This document shows, piece by piece, positions 55,190-64,000 of a DNA stretch of 64,000 nucleotides. The notes below the pieces were generated by a model. That model had not been told where the DNA came from, searched no databases, and saw only the letters and a list, made by a program, of their open reading frames with translations. The DNA is from Octopus vulgaris. Taxonomy: Eukaryota. The stretch spans positions 91,884,001-91,948,000 of the forward strand of contig OX597819.1 of the NCBI GenBank assembly GCA_951406725.2, given 5' to 3'. Made by a program: the position numbers and the translations under genes. How positions within the stretch are numbered: position 1 is the first letter of the stretch; each line of letters opens with the position of its first letter.

Positions 55190-55604
55190 GGCGCAGGAGT
55201 GGCTGTGTGGTAAGTAGCTTGTTTACCAACCACATGGTTCCGGGTTCAGTCCCACTGCGCGGCACCTTGGGCAAGTGTCTTCTACTATAGCCTCGGGCCG
55301 ACCAATGCCTTGTGAGTGGATTTGGTAGACGGAAACTGAAGAGAAGCCCGTCGTATATATATGTATATATATGTATATGCGTGTGTGTGTTTGTGTGTCT
55401 GTGTTTGTTCCTCTAGCATTGCTTGACAACCGATGCTGGTGTGTTTATGTCCCCGTTACTTAGCGGTTCGGCAAAAGAGACCGATAGAATAAGTACTGGG
55501 CTTAAAAAGAATAAGTCCCGGGGTCGAGTTGCTCGACTAAAGGCGGTGCTCCAGCATGGCCGCAGTCAAATGACTGAAACAAGTAAAAGAATAAAAGAAT
55601 AAAA
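55190..55604 (+). mobile_element. SINE family A, full length
   Basis: tRNA-like head (tggctgtgtggtaa; ggttcagtccc), ccttgggcaagtgtctt block, internal TA/TG microsatellite, 3' catggccgcagtcaaatgactgaaac and a (taaaagaa)n tail. Near identical to 62589-63016. Confidence 0.9.
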
Positions 55605-56047
55605 ATACAAATTACGAAATTATGTGATTTGGCACACAGAGAAACGAAAACTGTTAAGAGGATAACAAATCGTAATGTTCAGATCCTTAGCAATTTTAAA
55701 TTATATTTCACTAAATGTATGTTTACTTAAACCAAAAGATGCTAAGTAGGAAATGTTACCCACCGCAGTCTAGCATCCATTCCGGTGAGAATACTTGTTT
55801 AAATTTTCATGCAAAATATCTATCCATATTCTGTATATTTCTGTTCAACTAACTATAGAGAATTATGTAACAGAATACCAGATGATAGAGACTCGATATG
55901 TCAACCGCGATAGATATTAGCACTCTGCCCAAACTAATATTTATTGATTTGGCATTCAATTAACAATATAGGATTTGGAGCTGAACATTTAGTTCTGTGA
56001 GCTCCTATGGTTTCTGGATATATGTGCTTTTATTATTACGCATATAC

Positions 56048-56440
56048 AAGGCGGCGAGCTGGCAGATATGTTAGCACGCCGGGCGAAATGCCTAGCGGTA
56101 TTTCGTCTGCCGCTACGTTCTGAGATCAAATTCCGCCGAGGTCGACTTTGCCTTTCATCCTTTCGGGGTCGATAAATTAGGTACCAGTTACGCACTTGGG
56201 TCGATGTAATAGACTTAATCCGTTTGTCTGTCCGTGTTTGTCCTCTCTGTGTTTAGCCCCTTGTGGGTAGTAAAGAAATAGGTATTTCGTCTGCCGCTAC
56301 GTTCTGAGTTCAAATTCCACCGAGGTCGACTTTACCTTTCATCATTTCAGGGACGATTAAATAAGTACCAGTTACACACTATGGCCGATGTCGACTTAAT
56401 CTCCTCCTCCAAGCTGCCCTTATGGCAAAAATTTGAAATT
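56048..56440 (+). mobile_element. Family B SINE dimer / nested copy
   Basis: The first unit ends aaagaaata at 56260, and the second restarts at ggtatttcgtctgccgctacg. Confidence 0.85.
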
Positions 56441-56477
56441 ATTATTACACACACGCACACACACACACATATATAAG

Positions 56478-56736
56478 ATAAATAAATAAATGCGCCCTTT
56501 TAAAGCCTAGCCAGGCTCATGGGCCCGGTTTCCCTGTTTCTAGGGCGTATGTGTTCACCAGCTGGACGGGACGCCAGGCCATCGCAGCGTTACTCATTTT
56601 TGCCAGCTGAGTGGCCTGGAGCAACGTGAAATGAAGTCTTTTGTTCAAGAACACAACGCGTCGCCCGGTCCAGGAATCGAAACCACAATCTTACGATCAT
56701 GGTGCTGACACCCTAATCACTAAGCCACGCGCCTCC
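56478..56736 (-). mobile_element. SINE family C, full length (V/Meta-like central block)
   Basis: Minus strand head ggaggcgcgtggcttagtg...ggtttcgattcc and central ctgcgatggcctggcgtcccgtccag. A 3' part recurs at 40820-40935. Confidence 0.8.
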
Positions 56737-56761
56737 ACACACACACACAAACATACACACA

Positions 56762-56820
<59 letters not shown>

Positions 56821-57002
56821 GAACTCTTCAATCACGTTGCTGGCGTCTCTTCCAGGTGGGTGGCCAATATATACGTCATAGAATCCGAAGAACCGGCCTT
56901 ATGAGCTTATAGTTCATGAAAGACCTTTGATCGTTTTGATATATTCTTTCATTCTTTCACGTGTTTCAGCCTTAAGGCTGTGACCATGGTGGTGCACAGC
57001 CA

Positions 57003-57054
<52 letters not shown>

Positions 57055-59064
57055 TAGCGGTGCAGTCATATATTTATGGAAGGATGGATGTGTGCATGGT
57101 GGTGAATGTCGCTAATCGATGGTGATTCAGTTGTTCCCACAACCGAATTATCTGCTCCTGAATTACCGAATATAAAGTTCCCCCACATTACCCCTAACTT
57201 AATTCTCAGGTAAAATCAGCATGACGCAATATGTGACTAGGTTGTAGTGTTGACTCGCAGGACTGTCCCATCCCTTCGACGAATGAGGGTTCAGCAAAAC
57301 ATAGCTGTACAGAGTTCTTAGTTCAAGTCTGTTGAAGCCCGCCATCACTTACGACCGCCATTGCACAGAGTCAAAGTTAAAAACCTCAGGCAGAATCCTT
57401 TACTTGTCTTCGCCGCTTCTCTCCCAATCCATACGAAGAATATTTGATGGCGTTGGTGTTCGTCTTATTTTATTTTAACCTCCATGGTGAATGTCATTAT
57501 AGTGGGCGTGGTTTGTGCAGAGTCAGTCCCAATCTCTCGCCTTTAAAATTGTATTGGGCTGATGCACAAGTGCTACGAGCCCAGGATGCAGGATTTGTAT
57601 GGAGTTTCCTTTCTGTTATGAGAGGCTAAAGTGCTGAAGGGCATAATTTTCCCTAGTGTGTGACATTGGTGTGCGACATTCTTCCGGTGGCAATTCTGTG
57701 ATATGATAGTTAACCCATAGCCACGTGCCTGAGCAGGTGTTACCAATCCGGCTTAGGGTAGACCTGGGAATTATAGCGGCTAAGAGGTGGTCCTACACTT
57801 CTCAAAACTCTGGAACTCCCGAAGCAGGTCTCCTCTACCGGATCCAGTTTAAAGTCATATCCAAAAGTGACAAGGCTGAACTAGTTGAATTTCATGTACA
57901 ATTCTACACAGTTTCCGTCTATCAAATTTCACTCACAAATCACAGTCTAACCGATCTTATAGAAAATGACATTTGAACTAAACACACCGAGATCGAACTC
58001 AGGATTTCGCGATTGCGAAGCGAACACCTTAAACATTTGGCCATTATACATTTCTTCATACAGACACACATGAAAATTAGAAAGTGAAAATTATTACGAT
58101 TTTATTAGTTATTAAATTTGGGTTTCAAAAATTACGGAAAAGTTCTCGTTGATTTGTGTTTGGTCCATTGCGCTTAATTCTTCACAGGTACCATTTTCAC
58201 GTGGCTATAGTTGCCATTTCTAATTGGCAAACGTCTTCTCAGTCTTTTTCTAATGTGACACAAACAAAACTAAGGAAATTAGTCTTCTGTCCAAACGACT
58301 ACGTTTTATTATTTTGGTTTTCAAATCTCGCCGAAACATATCGTACTCTTGAAGGTTTGCTATATACATGTGTGTATGTGTGTATGTGTATGTGCATGCG
58401 TGTGTGTGTGTTAGCGTTTGTGTTTTTGTTTGTCCCGCCATCACTGCTTGACAACCGGTGTTAGTGTGTTTGCGTTCAAGTAACTTAGCGGTTCGGCAAA
58501 AGAGAACCGATAGAATAAGTACCAGGCTTAAATAAGAAATGTACTGGTGTTGACTCATTCGGCTGAAACGTGTTTCATGGCGGTGCTCCAGCATGACCGC
58601 AATCAAATGACTGCAAAAAGTAAAAAGAATAGTATGGAATTCAAACTTTACTGCCAAAAATGAAATTTGAGAATTTCTAATAAGTAGGCTAAAGAGAGAT
58701 TCATCAAGGCTATTTTAATGAAGTTCTGAATGTAATTTAAACAGTCAATGGATGATAGCCTTGATGATTCAAGCACAGCTTCATATTCAGTGAGTCATTT
58801 AAGGAAGCAATAGAGAAACAAACACGCGCACAAACAAACAAAAGTTCCGAAATGAATAACCAAAATAAGAAGAGTGCACAAGTGTCTAGTGTATACTCTC
58901 TCTGACAGTGTCATGATATTGGCACTTCCGTGGTTGTTTGCCAAGAATAACATCTTAGCTGCATTCTGTTATAATTAATACTGTCACTCTGTCAGTCTGC
59001 AGTAGTTTGTCAAAGTGTTGAATTTTGGTAAGAAATTCTTTCTTGCCTTCTTTCTTTCTTTCCT

Positions 59065-59120
<56 letters not shown>

Positions 59121-59172
59121 TCCTTCTTTCTTTCTTACCTTCTTTCTTTCTTTCCTTCCTTCTTTCTTACCT

Positions 59173-59230
<58 letters not shown>

Positions 59231-59336
59231 TGTTTCTCTCAGTATCTTGTAAGGTTTCAAGAATGGTTCTAGTTTAAGATGTATAATTAATAGGTAAAAC
59301 AGAAAATTAGGACAATTCACATACGCATGCACACAC

Positions 59337-59372
<36 letters not shown>

Positions 59373-59921
59373 CCCACCACCCACACACACTCACACAGTA
59401 TCTCTTCTCCCTCTCTCATACACATATGTATACACGCACTCACACATACTCACGATCTTCCTACTCGTGTGGATGATGTCTGTCGGTGAAAAGCAAAGAA
59501 ATCTTGAAAGGGTCGGATCGTCTGTATTGGAGTGAGTGGTGCTGAAAATAACTACAAGTAGTAGTAATTGTTGTTAATACACTCCAGGTCAGACCCGATA
59601 AAGAAGACCTCTATAATTCGTGGCAGTTTTACCATAGCTATCTCATCATTTCTTTTCAAATATCAGAGACTACATTGTCAAATGCGCATTTCCTTTCTTA
59701 AGACAGTATAGAGTGGGATTTCAAGTAGATTTGGATGATATTTCGTAAAATTGTTAAGAAAAACATCCAGCTTGTCAAGATGTTTCCAGACAATATAGTT
59801 AAAACGTAAAAATCGAAAGTCGATCAGATATTACTTTTAGTGGTTTTAATGACTAGACAATATCTGACAATAGAGATGACAATAATAACTTCTGTGGCGA
59901 TTATCATTATTATTATTATTA

Positions 59922-59967
<46 letters not shown>

Positions 59968-62588
59968 CATTATTATTATTATTATTATTATTATTGGAGT
60001 GATAATGACGACAGCGATATAGATGATGATGATAATTGGTTATGGTGGTTTCGGCAACAATACTTTCTATAAATTTCTTATGACGAGATCCCATTGATGA
60101 ATGACAAAGGAGAGTAACACTCCAATTGATTTGACTTTACGAAAACCGAAAGAGAGATGTGTGCTATTGGAGACGATTAATGACTGTCTCCATAATTTCT
60201 GGAAAGTTGGGAGAACGATCGGACAGTTGTTGGCTGGTTCAACTGAACGATAAGTCTCCTTGGGAATGAGACACACAGTAGCATTATGTTTCTGTGTTTC
60301 CAAAGATCAAGATATATCCACAGAGGAAGATGGAAGGAGAGAGAGAAGAGCGACAGATGGAGGGAAAATGAAGAGTTTTGTGAACATATGGATTAGCACC
60401 GATAGTTATAATTTGTTGCGCCCTGAGGTAATTTCCCACCTGCTGTATGTGAGCATGGAAGAGAGCCAACACGGGACGATGATAAACGACAACCAGGAAG
60501 ATCTACAGGACTTAAATGATTAGAGAATGTAAATAAACTAACTACCAATTATTCATTTCTCATTAAATGGAGGTGTGAGTGGCTGAGTATTTCACAGCGA
60601 AACAATACGTTTTAAACAGGATTTTGAGTCTCAGGTGTAATCCATCAAACGAGCTTCCGCATAGTTTTCGGCTACCCATTTTCATTAACAAGGATAGGGT
60701 CAACTCGAAATTATTACAAAGGTCGTTTGTACATATTCTACGTAGTGGGATTGAAACCGGATCGCGAAGCAAACCTTTCACGTACCCAAACCATGCTTTT
60801 GTATATCGACACAATTTACCCAATTATCCAATGGGTTTCTATAGTTTTCTCCTACTTAATTTCATTCACAAGGCGTGGATCTATTTGATACTATGGTAGA
60901 GGATACTTATACAATATTCCACGAAATGGGATCGGACCTGAGACTTCATGATTGCGAAGCAAACTTTTTAGCCGCTCAGCAATACTGCACCCAGAAGTTT
61001 CAGTCGGAAGGAATTATTGAAATCTGTCAAATGTCATAATATCTTACCAGTATCAATTCTTATAGACCTGATCTGATTTGAATTATTGCAATATGATCAT
61101 AAGTATCTTTCACACTGCTACAAATATAATACAATATAATATATACTATAGTTTATAATACATGCTTATACACTCTACTATTAGACTTGCAAAACATATA
61201 TGGTTGGCAGGATAACATTTATTTTAAATTCCTTCGAATGTTTTTGTATCTAGCTCTCTCGAGACACAACAAAACTCCTTCGATTGCCTCATTCTTTTGT
61301 TGTTCAGCATGAAATTTGATTAAATATCGCTTGGACTCATCCATTTGTTCTAATATAAACTAAAATTTAGAACTAATTGAACATATTTTCATGTGGTATT
61401 TAGTTCCGTAGTATGCTCAATAATTTTAAAATGTAATCGTTGTTGTTTAACTCTCGCTTAGCTCTCACTAAGCAGACATTTCAACAGTGACCATTATCTA
61501 TTTTATTCAGACACAGCGTATCTGGGGTATCGAAGTCTAATATGACATTTACTTTGTTTTTAAAACAAGGCAAGTGTGGGTTGAAGAAGATTTAGCAGCT
61601 TATGTTCGCAGGTCGAACAACTATGTAGATGCTCCTTTTTGGCTCGTAGCAGGACAGTCAGGACATGGGAAATCTAGTTTGTTGCCAGTGGTTACAACGA
61701 ATATGACGGAGGTCAACTCACTGACCGAAAATAATTACGATCTCCTTCAGAGAAAATTGCGCTATAATGAACTGACACTGAATTTCAAAGACTATAGCAG
61801 CTAGTACAGTGTTTCTCGAAGTGGTCGGTATCTTCCCTTTAGGGCAGTCGAAAATTTTATATGGGTACTGGGGACAAAGGAACAGTAGAGGACGATAGAT
61901 TACCCAGATTTCCAAAAACTATTGTCAGTTTTTATTTCATGTGCCAAGTAGGGCGGCAAGGTGGCAGGACCGTAAACAGATCGCATACAATGGCACTTTA
62001 CGTTCCACGGAGGTCGACTTTGCTTTTAATGCTTTCATGGTCGATAAAACAAGAGCTCGTTGAGAACTGAGGCCAATGTAATCGACCCCCAACCTCTTTT
62101 AAAATTGCTGGCCTTGTGCCAAAATTTGAAATGTGAAAAATCTTCTGGTAATATTAGTGGTTAAAATGTTTGATAGTCCATATCATATTAATGAAATAAC
62201 TGAGGTGCAAGCAAGCTTCTAATGGCGATCAACCTGTCGCCAGCAATCTGCTGTGAACTTCCCACATATCAGAGGCTGGACCGGTGAATGTAGTCGATAT
62301 TTCTGAGAAGAGCTCTCGTTATCTTAGTCAAAGAGTGACTGGCATGTTCCTCTCTATGAAATATATGACATGAAATACATATAAACGAGAACGGAATTGT
62401 ATAAGAGCTGCTAACTTTCATTAGCTGTAATGTGTTTCATAGGAACTGAACTAAATTTTGTAAGCAAACCTGTTACATGTTCTTTCATTGTATAGGTATT
62501 ATTAGAATGAGTAAGAACTGAAATTTGAAACAAGCTGCGACAAGTGAATCGCTCTCTTTACATATTTTAGAGTTCATATACAAACATA

Positions 62589-63016
62589 GGCGTAGGAGTG
62601 GCTATGTGGTAAGTAGCTTGTTTACCAACCACATGGTTCCGGGTTCAGTCCCACTGCGTGGTACCTTGGGCAAGTGTTTTCTACTTTGGTCGGGCCGACC
62701 AAAGCCTTGTGAGTGGATTTGGTAGACGGAAACTGAAAGAAGCCCGTCGTATATATGTATTTATATATATATATATATATATATACACGTGTGTGTGCTT
62801 GTGTGTCTGTGTTTGTCCCCCTAGCATTGTTTGACGACCGATGCTGGTGTGTTTATGTCCCCGTTACTTAGCGGTTCGGCAAAAGAGACCGATAGAATAA
62901 GTACTGGGCTTACAAAAGAATAAGTCCCGGGGTCGAGTTGCTCGTTTAAAGGCGGTGCTCCAGCATGGCCGCAGTCGAATGACTGAAACGAGTAAAAGAG
63001 TAAAAGAGTAAAGAGT
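62589..63016 (+). mobile_element. SINE family A, full length
   Basis: Collinear with 55190-55604. Tail (gtaaaaga)n. Confidence 0.9.
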
Positions 63017-64000
63017 ATACATGTATATCATATATGTATCACCGTATCGATCAGGAAATCGCATGTTGTTATACACTGCCAGTCACAATGCGCTTTCACG
63101 TACTGTTATAACTTTCGAATGATGCCACACCGCTGTATATACCAGGCCATATGAATACGTACATACCTATATACACATATATACATATATACATGTATGC
63201 ATGTATACATACATACATACATACAAGCACACACATACATACACATATGTAAATATATACACACACATACGTATACAAAAGTGTGCATGAATATATATAT
63301 ATGTATGTATATATATATATATATATGTGTGTGTGCGTGTGTGTGTGTATAGTCATACTTACATGCACATACATAAATGTACATATATTTTACACACACA
63401 GACACACATTATATTCATATGTGTGCGTCTGTTAAATACATTGGTTTAATTTATTTGTGATTTATTGGTGTTTGTGACAATTTTCTTCTCGCAATTTCTC
63501 GTAAGGACAGCTAAACAAATTATGCGTCTGCTTACTCAACGTATAACATGAAAATGTTGCATACATTGTTGCTAAGCTTCATGTTATGTGCTATGTAGAT
63601 ACAGATGATAAAAATGTTGTTTGTTTGTTTTTAACTTAATGTATTTTACTGTAGTCTATTGCGGTAACAATTTGAGCAGAAGTTTTTACAGTCTTACTTT
63701 TAAATATGTATATTTTTGTTTAGTGTCTGGTAAAAGATAATTAAAAAAAAAAGAAGAAGCTCAACTGGTTCTAGACTCTTCTTACCTTCCAGCTATAATC
63801 AGGCCTTTTATAGCTAGACCAAGTCTATAACTAGCGTTCGTTTGTGAAAAAGGATGCATCAATGAATAAACATAGAATTGTTTTGTTTTTTTGTGAATTT
63901 CTATATGTGAATATGTGTACGTTTGAAAATTCGTGTCCATGAACGTGAAAATTATATTTATAAATATTTCTCTGCCTTTGTTAGACGCATGTATGAATAT

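Noticed and set aside
55190-55262. tRNA genes at SINE heads
   Set aside because: A and B boxes are present, but there is no complete cloverleaf, and the heads continue into multicopy SINE bodies.
60067-60523. GC-richer stretch with short ORFs (PIDLT motif, EVISHLL)
   Set aside because: No continuous frame or paired splice sites. It is possibly a decayed LINE, but the motif order could not be reconciled.

Overview
AT-rich, microsatellite-dense eukaryotic DNA whose SINE families and repeat content look like a coleoid cephalopod (Octopus-like; inferred, not verified). Most of the window appears to be intron of one + strand gene encoding a synaptopodin-2/myozenin (calsarcin)-like protein. One convincing internal exon lies at 47499-47803. 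A frame-compatible chain of small upstream exons (end 1300; 1688-1718; 2470-2496) would imply a ~45 kb intron. The intron holds a nearly intact CR1-group LINE (14459-17443, one frameshift) and a truncated relative (42627-43512), both in (TA)n tracts. It also holds Dong/R4, RTE and mariner remnants, a Merlin-like MITE with telomeric repeats and an 8-bp TSD, a pogo-like MITE, three tRNA-headed SINE families, several fold-back elements, and Penelope-type hammerhead ribozyme motifs (one with a fully canonical core). Almost all ORFs in the supplied track are microsatellite artefacts. No CRISPR, rRNA or true tRNA gene is visible. Family assignments come from remembered motifs, not database searches.
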